The notes below the pieces were generated by a model. That model was given only the letters and a program-made list of their open reading frames with translations, did no database searches and was not told the origin of the DNA. A program made the translations under genes and the position numbers. Below, piece after piece: positions 38,024 to 49,233 of a stretch of DNA of 64,000 nt. How positions within the stretch are numbered: the first letter of the stretch is position 1; each line of letters opens with the position of its first letter. This DNA comes from Callorhinchus milii (lineage: Eukaryota), in contig NW_024704743.1 of NCBI RefSeq assembly GCF_018977255.1, forward strand, positions 46,874,001-46,938,000, read 5' to 3'.

Positions 38024-38949
38024 GTTAGCCCCAAACTACTTGCACTTGCTTGCATGGCACAATATCTAGAGAGCATTCGTCCATTTCACTTTAAATTCCT
38101 TCTTATAAGACTTGTACTTTCTTAACTACAAACAGTTTGAAATGAATGGTTAGTAGTTAAAACATTCAAAAGCAAAAAGCGCCATTTGAGAAAGTATTGT
38201 GCTTTGGTGTTGAATTGCAGCTTCTAATTCTACAATACAGTGTTTATTTACACGCCAAAATAAGATCTCACGTCAGGCTATATAAATAATGTTTTCAGCT
38301 GATTATTAGGCTAAAGCTTCATTATAAAACATAGGGAAACACAAACCTCTATGTGCTTAATCACAAACTTTCGCCCATAAATAGTCAACCATTTTACAAT
38401 ATATTCCGTGAAGCACTTTGAGATGTCTCAACAACGTAATAAGGTGCTGTATCAAATGCAAGGATTATTTATTATAACTTTGCATCTTTGATTTAAAAAA
38501 AAGAAATCTATTCATCGTATAGGAATTGTCTTCCTCCTGAGACATGAGAGTAAATTACTTTGAGACATTTGGATTTTATATTGTAACTTAGGTGCCCTTA
38601 AATTTTTTTGCAAAAAAAGTTATTTAAAACAAAACGATGTCAGGGAAAGAGCCTGTGAGATGCACAGAGTGAGTGAGTGACTGAATGAGTCAGTGAGTAG
38701 GTGCTAACCTGCTCTCCCATGGCTGTGGGGCTCTCACTGTGGGTGTCACTGCCACAGGGAAAAGCTTTCATTTTAAAAGAATAATAAAAAAACTCCCCCC
38801 AAAAATTGTCAAACAGTTCGTTCAACTCGGCGCTGGTGCTGTTAGACTTTAAGCAATGGTCGCAAATACTGTTAATAAAATGAAAAAAACACACACACAA
38901 ATACATTGAAATTACCAATTGTAGAGTGGGCAACAGACAAGTAAGTCAT

Positions 38950-39487
38950 GGGTGTGAGTGAGTGAGTGTGTGAGTGAGTGTGTAAATGTGTGAGTGTGTG
39001 TGAGTAAGTGTGTAAGTGTGTGAGTAAGCGTGTGAGTGTGTACGTGTGAGTGAGTGTTTGTGTGAGTGTGTGTTTGTGTGTGTGAGTGAGTGTTTGTGTG
39101 AGTGAGTGAGTGTTTGTGTGAGTGAGTGATTGTTTGTTTGTGTGAGTGTTTGTGTGAGTGAGTGTTTGTGTGAGTGAGTGAGTGAGTGTTTGTTTGTGTG
39201 AGTGTTTGTGTGAGTGAGTGTTTGTTTGTTTGTGTGAGTGTTTGTGTGAGTGAGTGTTTGTGTGAGTGAGTGAGTGAGTGTTTGTGTGAGTGAGTGAGTG
39301 AGTGAGTGAGTGTTTGTGTGAGTGAGTGTTTGTGTGAGAGAGTGAGTGAGTGTGTGAGTGAGTGAGTGTTTGTGTGTGTGAGTGAGTGAGTGTTTGTGTG
39401 AGTGAGTGAGTGAGTGTGTGAGTGTTTGTGTGAGTGAGTGTGTGAGTGAGTGTTTGTGTGAGTGAGTGTGTGAGTGAGTGAGTGTGA
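38950..39487. repeat. Compound (TG)n/(TGAG)n/(TTTG)n microsatellite
   Basis: Direct reading; explains the His/Thr/Ser/Leu-rich ORFs here. Confidence 0.97.
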
Positions 39488-39540
39488 GCAGCGAGAAGTA
39501 AATGAATACGTCCCCAAAACACATACAGAGAGGAACCCAC

Positions 39541-40350
39541 CTTGGCGGCTTGGCAGGTGCCCTCCCTGACAGGCAGGGCAGGGCAGGGCAGGCAGGGCAG
39601 GGCAGGGCAGGGCAAGGCAAGGCAAGGCAGGGCAGGTGTGTGCTGTGGAGTGGGGGAAGTCACTGCACTTGCCGGTAACTCAACACTTGGACGAGTTCCT
39701 ACTCCCCAGCGACTCCTCCGCAGCGACTGTTTCCCCCACTGCCGGGCAGCCAGTCAGTGCAGGGCAGGCAGGCAGGCAGGGCAGGGCAGGGCAGGCAGGG
39801 CAGGGCCGGAGGCGGGCCAGCCAGCCACACCTGCCCTCACACTGTCAGCTGTCATTGCAACACACACCCTGCCCCCCTCTGCCCAGAGTCTGGTGCCCGT
39901 CAAACACTGATCCACCAGAGACCTCTGCAGGAGGCAGTTCAACATCTTAGCACTCAAGGAGAAAAAGAGCTTTAAAAGCTCGTGGCATCTAAAAAAATTT
40001 TATACCTCCTAAATAAATAATAATAATAATAAAATAATATCCAAATGGCTCAAAGCAATTTACTGTTACGCCGAGTGGCTTTTTTTTTTGTAGGCTATTG
40101 CCGTATCCACTTTGCGGCAGCAAATGCCCTGCAAAGAGCCATGAAGTCCGTCACACCAGTCCTTCCTTGCCAGGCTCCGCCGTCGCCCGCTTACCGAACA
40201 GACGGATTTCAAGATCCTCTCACTCGTTTTCAAATCACTTCATGTCCTCGCACCTTCAACATCCGTTGTGGGATACTGAATATTATAATAGTGAATTTAA
40301 ACTATTATATATTCTATTAATCTATTAATTTGCTTGTTCCGTTGCCTATA
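39541..40350 (-). promoter_or_regulatory. Candidate WIPF3 promoter / non-coding first exon(s)
   Basis: Locally CpG/GC-enriched. Minus-strand donors AAG|GTGGGT (39540) and TCG|GTAAGC (40194). The first coding exon has an acceptor, so an upstream exon must exist. Confidence 0.35.
39570..39805. repeat. Two (GGCAG/GGCAA)n tracts (39570-39635, 39760-39805) in a GC-rich island
   Basis: Direct reading. Confidence 0.9.
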
Positions 40351-41349
40351 TAAGTATTTTTTGGTCAGTTGGGTGTCAATATCTCAAAATCAATTGACCA
40401 TTATTTACCATGTAAAAATTTCGCTTTGTTTCGATAAGATTTGGATGATTCCAGCACTCAATGATCAATAACTGAAAATACTCCTTTTGCATCTACAGGT
40501 ATTTACTTTTAATGCAACTTTAATCAACTCTCATTTGAGTCGAGTGACATAAATTCTGGTGTAGTGCAGAAAGGGGACAAACCCGGTCCTTGCTTTTTGG
40601 ACTCCCGAAGATTTCAGCATAAATCTTTTGATAGGATTTGTCTTGAATTTTTCATTTACTTTGCTCAGCCTAATAAGGCTTTTTTTTAAATCCCAGGACT
40701 GAGCAATGCATTGTTTAAGGAACTCATTAATAGATGCCACAGAGTTGCAGGTGTAGGGCAGAGCAGCTGTGTACCTCAAATAGATTTCCTCAGACTCTCT
40801 CTCACTTTCTCTTAGCTTAGTATATGATCCCCCGCCCACTCTACCCATATGTCAATGATCAGTCCTGATAATATGACGAAATATAATTTTAAAAAGAATT
40901 CTTGTGCTCATTGAAATGATAGAGTGCGGAGACGTCTCAGTTTTGATAAGCGGTTGGCAAGGTATTATGGTTCCTTATCATGTCAGAACCGATCTAATAT
41001 GAACTTTGAAAATGTTAATGGTCTTCAGTGAAACTCCTTTTCATCACTATTTCATGAAGAAATGTTTACAATAACTATTAAAGGGCTGTGGTAGGAAGGC
41101 ATATAATTTAAGTCAATCAAAAGGTTGAGAGATTATTTTTTGTACAAACTGTATTTAGACAGTTCTGTCACCCTTATATATACACCCACGATATGGCTCG
41201 CTCTTCCTCGCAGTGTACTGGGTAGTCTCTGTGTTCAATCCTCACTAATGAATGCAAGTCCCTATAACTAGGTGTAACTTGACTAATGAGTTCTTCCACA
41301 ATGACAGGTACTACTAATTGCCATTTAAATTAAAGCAAATAGAGAAGCT

Positions 41350-41846
41350 TCAGTACGCAACCTAGGCGTGAGGTTCCACCCCCAATTATCCTTCCTACCC
41401 CGCATCTGGTCCCTCACCAGCACCACTTTCTTCCACTTCCGATGCATCGCCCATCTCCGCCAATACCTCACTCCAAAAGCCGCTGAAACCCTGGTCCATG
41501 CCTTTGTCACCTCTCGGCTGCACTATTCAAATGCTCTCTTTGTGTGTCTCCCCTCCACTATCATTCACAAAATCCATGTCATCCAAAACTCTGCCGCCCT
41601 CATTCTTACCCGCACCAAACTCTGCTCCCTGATTACCCCAGTCCTTGCCAGACTGCACTGTCCCAGAGAAGATCGACTTCAAGATCCTCACCCTTGTCTT
41701 CAAATCCCTCCACTCCTCTCACCCCCTACCTCTCTGACCGGGACTGGCCTCCTCCTCGTCCTCCGCTCCACCCTCGGCGGCCATGCCTTCAGCCACTATG
41801 CCCCGAGGCTCTGGAACTTCCTTCCTCACTCCCTTCACCTCACCTC
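41350..41846 (+). mobile_element. L2 fragment within block A1
   Basis: AAETLVHAFVTSRLHYSNAL and APRLWNFLP motifs. Confidence 0.9.
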
Positions 41847-43040
41847 ACCTAGATCATTGATGTAGATGGTAAATAGCTGAGGCCCAAGAACTGATCCTTG
41901 TGGCACTCCAATAGTCACATCCAGCCAATCTGAAAAGGACCCGTTTATCCCTACTCTTTGTTTCCTACCCATTAACCATTCTCCAATCCACTTTAATATG
42001 CACCTCCCAATTCCATGGGCCCTTATCTTTTGGACTAACCTTTTATGCGGCACCTTAACGAATGCCTTCTGGAAGTCCAATAGACCACATCTACTGATTC
42101 ACCCCTATCTAGTTTACTCGAAATATCCTCAGAAAACTCTATGAGATTTGTCAAACATGACTTCCCTTTTGTAAAGCCATGTTGACTTGGCCTAATTATA
42201 TTGTGCTTCCCTAAATACCGCACTACCACATCCTTAATCAATGATTCTAAAATTTTTCCTATCACTGATGTGAGACTTACTGGCCTATGGTTTCCCATCT
42301 TTTCCTTTCCACCTTTTTTAAATAGTGGTGTGACATTTGCGATCTTCCAATCCATGGGGACTGTTCCAAAATCCAAGGAATTTTGGAAGATCAGACATAA
42401 GGCCTCCACTATCTCATAAACTACCTCTTTTTTAAACCCTGGATGCAAGCCATCAGGACCAGGGAATTTGTTACTTTTTAGTGCTAACAATTTCTCAAGC
42501 CCTGTTGTGTCTTCTAGGGTGAAGACAGATGCAAAGTACCCATTCAGGGATTCTGCTATGTCCTTGTCTGTCCCCCATTACACCTTCTCCCATCTCTGAC
42601 TGAAGTGGACCTACATTTACCCTCACAAGCCTATTCCTCTTAATATATTTGTACAGTCAGACTTAATGTTCCTAGCTAGCTTACCCTCATCCTCCTTTTT
42701 CTCGCTCTTAATGAGTTTTTTGGTTTTATTTTGCTGGTTTCTAAAACTCTCCCAATCTTCAGATTTGCCGCTTTTCTTGGCAGTTTTATAAGCCTTTTCT
42801 TTTAATTTGATGCATTCCCTAACTGCTCTAGTTAGCCACGGATGAATTGCTTTCCCTGTGGTACTCTTATTCCGCAAGGGAATATGCGACCGCTGAGAAT
42901 TTTGCACTACATCCTTAAATATTTGCCACTGTTGGTCTACATTTTTACCTCTTAATCTTATTCTCCAGTCTATTTTACCTAAATCTTTCCTCATACCTAC
43001 AAAATTAGCCCTATTTATATTCAGAATACTTGGCTCGGAT
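41847..43040 (-). mobile_element. CR1-clade LINE ORF2 fragment within block A1
   Basis: PGPDGLHP, WKIANVTPLFKKG, QHGFTKGKSCLTNL, DFQKAF and [10 protein letters not shown] motifs. Confidence 0.93.
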
Positions 43041-43960
43041 TTATTCTGGTTGATTTATATTACAAGGTGAAGACACTAGTAAACCACTTTTAATTTCCGT
43101 TAATCATCTGAAGTAGAAATTTATGAGCTCTTGAAAACTACTGTCTACACTTTATCATCTGAGATAGTCTCAATAATAACATCAAAGAGCCCACTGTACT
43201 GCTTTCACTTTAATGCATTCATACTGTCACTTGGCTTAAGATAAAGCTTATTTTCTCTTTAAACAAAACTTCTTATATAAAAGTGTGTTTCTCTTCACTA
43301 CATCCGAAAGTTCTCTTGACCTATAAAAGGTCATTTTCAGCAATTCTGTATAAAATGCTTATTTTAACTGCTATACAACAGCTTTTGGCACTATTTTGTA
43401 AACATGTGTTTAGGGCTCTCTCTACTGGACATATCACAGTAGTGCCTTACCTGAGTTATTACTTGATCTGACTAAACAATAAGCAAAGGAAGATTCAAGT
43501 CCCCGTTCCTCTATTTGAGTAAAGAAAAACTGTCTTTTGAACATTTGGCAGACCTTGCATTAATGATCTTTTCACACTTCATTTCAAGCCATTCAAACTC
43601 TATCAATATTGAACATGATGATTGCTGAACAAGAGTTTTGCAAAGCAAGTTTCAGGGAGGAGGCTCTCTGCAAGTTATGTGGGAAGAAATTGCACCCAAG
43701 TCTATTTACTCTATTTCCCTAACATTTCATAATTTGGCAGGTTGTTTAGTTCAGTTTTAAATTTGAAACGGATTTTCTATAGTTCTTAAGAGAAGATTGT
43801 GAGTTCAAGCTCCATGTCAGGACAACAATTGCATATATATGGACCGTGGTACAGATATGACTCGTATACAGCATTTGTGCAGCACCATATGGAAAAAGAA
43901 GCAAGAATGATTTGAGTGGCCATATTTCATTGCTTGTTTTCTTTATCTCTTAAGGTAACT

Positions 43961-44005
43961 GGGAACCAATCTTGGGCCCAATCTTGGGCCCAATCTGGGA
44001 ACCAA
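43961..44005 (+). repeat. Short 12-mer tract CCAATCTTGG(GC/AA), about 3.5 units, at the A1/B1 junction
   Basis: GGGAACCAATCTTGGGCCCAATCTTGGGCCCAATCTGGGAACCAA. Confidence 0.95.
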
Positions 44006-46111
44006 CATTTATTTGTTTCCAGTTTATTAGTTGAAATTCTGGTGGACAAGTATTAAAATAATTAATGTCATTTGGCTTTTGTTTTCCCGCCAGATCAGTT
44101 GCATTCACATCGTCCGTAGAACCATCTAGCAAATGGGAATTGGTGCAGCCAATCACAGCCTGGCATACTCAAACCCATTTACAACCGCAACTTGCATTTA
44201 TATAATACTCTTCAAGTGAGATGGTACCTTGGAGTGTTTTGGAGACACTTTTGCAAGGTAATCACCCAATCGATGAAAGTAGAGTAGATATGGTCGAAGA
44301 GAAAGATCTTTAAGGTAGTTAGGGAAGTCAACAATATCAACAATTTCAATGAACAGTTTTGATGAGATAAGTTGACTTTGACTATAAAGCAGCTAAGGTA
44401 ATCTCGACCCAAAGCAAATTTTCTTAAAAATGGCTTCTACAAACACTTGTCAGCTATTAATTAGTGTTGATCTTAACACAGAATAAATTAATGGAATTTA
44501 CAGAATAAACTAACTCTTGCCTTTACCTCATCCGTTAATGAGAGCCAATTAAGATGTTTACTGTGGAATTTTTGACGCAGGAAAAAGGGATGCAATTTCC
44601 TTTTGCTGTGTGGCCTGCTCAGATAGGTTGTAGTTAAGAAGGCAACAGTATGTTAGAAAAGATCAACTGGTCACTTGTGCATACTCCAATAGTAAATGTT
44701 TGGCAGCTTTCCTGTTTGATGGTGCACTGGCTACAATCTTATTTACATTATGCATTGGGATTAATAATAATAATAGACATCAATAATCCTGGCGTTTGAT
44801 ATAGCACCTGATCACAAGTCTCAAATTGTTTCAAATTAAAGTTTTGTGATTGTGTGTATTTTGTACACAAACAGAGCAGCCTGTGCACAGCGATGTCCCA
44901 CTAACAGCCATGGAGTGTGTGTCCAATTTTATTTGGGGGTATGTTGGCTAGCACACCAAGAGAAACTTCCCTCTTTGATCGAATATTGCCAGGGGATCTT
45001 AAAAGTTCTTTAAACCGCAGATAAATATGTGTGCGCAACTTGGCAACAATTAAAATTAAATTCAAATCAAATCAGGAAAGATTAACTTCAACATTTTCAC
45101 ACTTTCTAAAAATGCTGCCGTAATTTGTGAATTTGCAGTGGATTAAAGACACCACAGACACAAATAACAGAATAATTTATGAATCTTCAAGTGGAATATT
45201 TTTTCTCTTGATCAAGAGTTGAGATAAGGGATAGTGAAGAAGGTAATAATACAATTCAGGATTTTTTTCCATTGCCCAGTGGTCATGGAGTAGAAAAGGC
45301 AGAAGTTTTGATGCAGACTGTCCACTCAGTTATTAAACAAGCAAGGCAAACACGATGCTGGGCGACAATGTTTAATCATTTCAGATCAAATGGGTCAAAG
45401 AGCTTTCTTCACCCAAAACTTTCTTGTGATTTATTGTATTGTATTTCCAAGTCTGGAGGGAGTTAGATGAAACTTCCACCTTCAAAATGGAAATCTCAGG
45501 AGGGAGCCAAATGACCTTCATCATGAGAATTGCCACATACATGGAACTTTCAGACTGGTTTGAAGTCTCTTCTGCACGGTGATGGATTTTGCATGTATGT
45601 CAGACAACCAACTCACCAAAATACTACTACTAATACTACTACTACCAAAATACTACTACTCACTGCAAACGGCTTTTCCTCCAGCCCCCGCACTGTCTCA
45701 TGCGGTGTCACTCAGGGCTCTGCCCTCGGTCCCCTCCTCTTTACCCTCTATATGCTCCCCCTTGGTGACATCATCCACAGACATGGAGTTAACTTCCACA
45801 TGTATGCGGATGACACCCAACTCTACCTTTCCTCTTCTACCCTCAACTCCACGACCACCGATGTCCTGACAGTCTGCCTGTCTGACATCGGGTCCTGGAT
45901 GAGAGACAACTTTCTTCAGCACAATGTGCGCAAAACTGAGGCCCTCCTGATTGGCTCACATCAGCGCTTCCGCACCTATGGCGCTGAAAGGATCAGCATC
46001 CAAGGCTGCACTCTCCACCTCTCAAAGCCAGTCAGGAACCTCGGTGTTCTGTTTAACCCTGAGCTGTCTTTTCTTCCCCACATCCGCGCCACAGCTGGCA
46101 CTGCCTTCCAC
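44005..46111 (+). repeat. Duplicated block B, copy B1
   Basis: Reverse complement of 49234-51350. Confidence 0.93.
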
Positions 46112-46790
46112 CACCTCCAGAACATCGCCAGACTACGGCACTACCTCACCCCTCACGCTGCTGAAACACTGGTCTACACCTTTATCACCTCAAGGCTGGA
46201 TTACGGGAATTCTCTCCTTGTCGGCTTTCCCCGCACCTCCTTCCACAAGCTGCAGGTCATTCAGAACTCTACAGCTCGTGTATTGTCCCGCACCAGGCTA
46301 CGTGATCACATCACTCCCACCCTCGCTCGCTTCCACTGGCTCCCAATGCCCCTGAGGATCGAATTCAAGATCCTCATCCTCACCTACAAGGCCATTCACG
46401 GCCTTGCACCCTCCTACCTCTCCAACCTATTATCCTCCCACGTACCTGCGCGTACCCTCCGTTCCTCTGGCTCCACTCTGCTCAACATCCCCCGCCCTAA
46501 CCGCCCTACCATCGGTGGCCGGGCTTTCAGCCTCTCAACCCCGAGGCTCTGGAACTCCATCCCCAAGTGCCTTCGCCTTGCCTCGTCCCTTTCCTCCTTC
46601 AAGGCCAGTCTCAAGACCTTTCTCTTTAACCATGCCTTCACCTCCCCTCTCGACTCTCTACCCCCACATCGCTCCCTCCCTTCCCTCACCCTGACCAATT
46701 CCCCCTTACTCGGGTCCCGACCCAACTGTCCAGTGCCTTGGGACGTCCTCCCGACGTGAAAGGCGCTCCATAAATGCAATCTTCTTGTTG
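45660..46790 (+). mobile_element. L2 LINE, 5'-truncated, uninterrupted ORF2 C-terminal half with 3' tail
   Basis: ORF 45530..46759 contains [26 protein letters not shown] and LWNSIP; tail GGGACGTCCTCCCGACGTGAAAGGCGCT...AAATGCAA. Confidence 0.95.
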
Positions 46791-47350
46791 TACAAATAAT
46801 AATCCTTGCATTGGATATAACGCCTCATCACATCTTTGAAACGAGTCAAGATGCTTCACAGAATATATTGTAAAGAGGATTGACTGTATTTTGTGTGCGA
46901 AACACGGCAGCCAATTAATCACAGCGGTATCCCGCAAACAGCTGTGGGTTGAGTGACCACATTTTTGGAGCACAAGATATTATTACCCCCGGAAAGCAAT
47001 CTGCCAGTCACCTAACTAACAATCTAACAAAAAATAAATTTTACCCTCATTGGTGCCCTGGGTGTATATTCGATGGAAGAATGATTAAGTCAGAGGGAAT
47101 TGGACTTTATATTATGGGTAACTGAATTCAATGCAGTTCTTGGATGTGTGGTATTCCATCCATCTACAATAGATATCCACATTAATCTTGTTACTGAATT
47201 TAAACAGGTTGAGATTGTGAAGGTAAAATGCCATCTCGCTTGTTACCAAGGTTTATACTCAATTTATTTGAAATCTAATTGATTTCAAATGCCATTCCTA
47301 AGCCTAGCAAAGAAGCATTTCATGCCATGGTACTAGTATTTTACAGATTT

Positions 47351-47403
47351 AACCAAGATTGGTTCCAAGATTGGTCCCAATATTGGTTCCAAGATTGGTT
47401 CCC
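47351..47403 (-). repeat. Short 12-mer tract, about 4 units, mainly AA variant, opposite orientation
   Basis: AACCAAGATTGGTTCCAAGATTGGTCCCAATATTGGTTCCAAGATTGGTTCCC. Confidence 0.93.
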
Positions 47404-49040
47404 AGTTACATTAAGAGATAACGAAAACAAGCAATGACATATGGCCACTCAAATCATTCTTACTTCTTTTTCCATATGGTGCTGCACAAATGCTGTATAC
47501 GAGTCATATCTGTACCACGGTCCATATATATGCAATTGTTGTCCTGACATGGAGCTTGAACTCACAATCTTCTCTTAAGAACTATAGAAAATCCGTTTCA
47601 AATTTAAAACTGAATTAAACAACCTGCCAAATTATGAAATGTTAGGGAAATAGAGTAAATAGACTTGGGTGCAATTTCTTCCCACATAACTTGCAGAGAG
47701 CCTCCTCCCTGAAAATTGCTTTGCAAAACTCTTGTTCAGCAATCATCATGTTCAATATTGATAGAGTTTGAATGGCTTGAAATGAAGTGTGAAAAGATCA
47801 TTAATGCAAGGGTTGCCAAATGTTCAAAAGACAGTTTTTCTTTACTCAAATAGAGGAACGAGGGCTTGAATCTTCCTTTGCTTATTGTTTATTCAGATCA
47901 AGTAATAACTCAGGTAAGGCACTACTGTGATATGTCCAGGAGGGAGAGCCCTAAACACATGTTTACAAAATAGTGCCAAAAGCTGTTTTATAGCAGTTAA
48001 AATAAGCATGTTTATATAGAATTGCTGAAAATTACCTTTTATGGGTCAAGAGAACTTTCTGATGTAGTGAAGAGAAACACACTTTTATATAAGAAGTTTT
48101 GTTTAAAGAGAAAATAAGCTTTATCTTAAGCCAAGTGACAGTATGAATGCATTAAAGTGAAAACAGTACAGTGGGCTCTTTGATGTTATTATTGAGACTA
48201 TCTCAGATGATAAGGTGTAGACAGTGGTTTTCAAGAGCACATAAATTTCTACTTCAGATGATTAATGGAAATTAAAAGTGGTTTACTAGTGTCTTCACCT
48301 TGTAATATAAATCAACCAGAATAAATCCGAGCCAAGTATTCTGAATATAAATAGGGCTAATTTTGTAGGTATGTGGAAAGATTTAGGTAAAATAGACTGG
48401 AGAATAAGATTAAGAGGTGAAAATGTAGACCAACAGTGGCAAATATTTAAGGATGTAGTGCAAAATTCTCAGCAGTCGCATTTTCCTTGCGGAATAAGAG
48501 TACCACAGGGAAAGCAATTCATCCGTGGCTAACTAGAGCAGTTAGGGAATGCATCAAATTAAAGAAAAGGCTTATTAAACTGCCAAGAAAAGCGGCAAAT
48601 CTGAAGATTGGGAGAGTTTTAGAAACCAGCAAAATAAAACCAAAAACTCATTAAGAGCGAGAAAAAGGAGGATGAGGGTAAGCTAGCTAGGAACATTAAG
48701 TCTGAATGTACAAATATATTAAGAGGAATAGGCTAGTGAGGGTAAATGTAGGTCCACTTCAGTCAGAGATGGGAGAAGGTGTAATGGGGGACAGACAAGC
48801 ACATAGCAGAATCCCTGAATGGGTACTTTGCATCTGTCTTTACCCTAGAAGACACAACAGGGCTGCCAAGAAGAGAGATGCACCAAAGGGATAAGGACAG
48901 GGAGCAACTTAGGGAAATTTTCATTAGTAGAGAATTGGTGCTAGATAAATTGTTAGCACTAAAAAGTAACAAATTCCCTGGTCCGGATGACTTGCATCCA
49001 GGGTCTTAAAAGAGGTAGTTTATGAGATAGTGGAGGCTTT
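47404..49040 (-). repeat. Block A partial inverted copy A3 (right end plus part of the CR1)
   Basis: Reverse complement of about 55280-56920 and 42400-43960. Confidence 0.95.
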
Positions 49041-49233
49041 ATCTTGGAAACAGTGGAACCAATCTTGGGCCCAATCTTGTGCCCAATCTTGTGCTCAATC
49101 TTGTGCCAAATCTTGGGCCCAATCTTGGGCACAATCTTGGGCCCAATCTTGAGCCCAATCATGGGCCCAATCTTGGGCCCAATCTTGGGCCCTATCTTGG
49201 GCACAATTTTGGGCACAATCTTGGGCCCAATCT
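49041..49233 (+). repeat. Degenerate 12-mer tract, about 16 units, at the A3/B2 junction
   Basis: CCAATCTTGGGC units with scattered substitutions, starting with GGAA-type units. Confidence 0.95.

Larger units (their letters stand above)
40770..43960 (+). repeat. Duplicated block A, copy A1
   Basis: Colinear high identity with 53643-56920. Confidence 0.95.

Noticed and set aside
38872..39663. His/Thr-rich ORFs of 224-263 aa
   Set aside because: Translations of the TG/TGAG microsatellite.
45530..46759. 409-aa ORF as a host gene or domesticated RT
   Set aside because: It is a 5'-truncated L2 ORF2 fused by chance to flanking sequence and a (TAC)n tract. It starts at TTG and lacks the endonuclease and N-terminal RT motifs.
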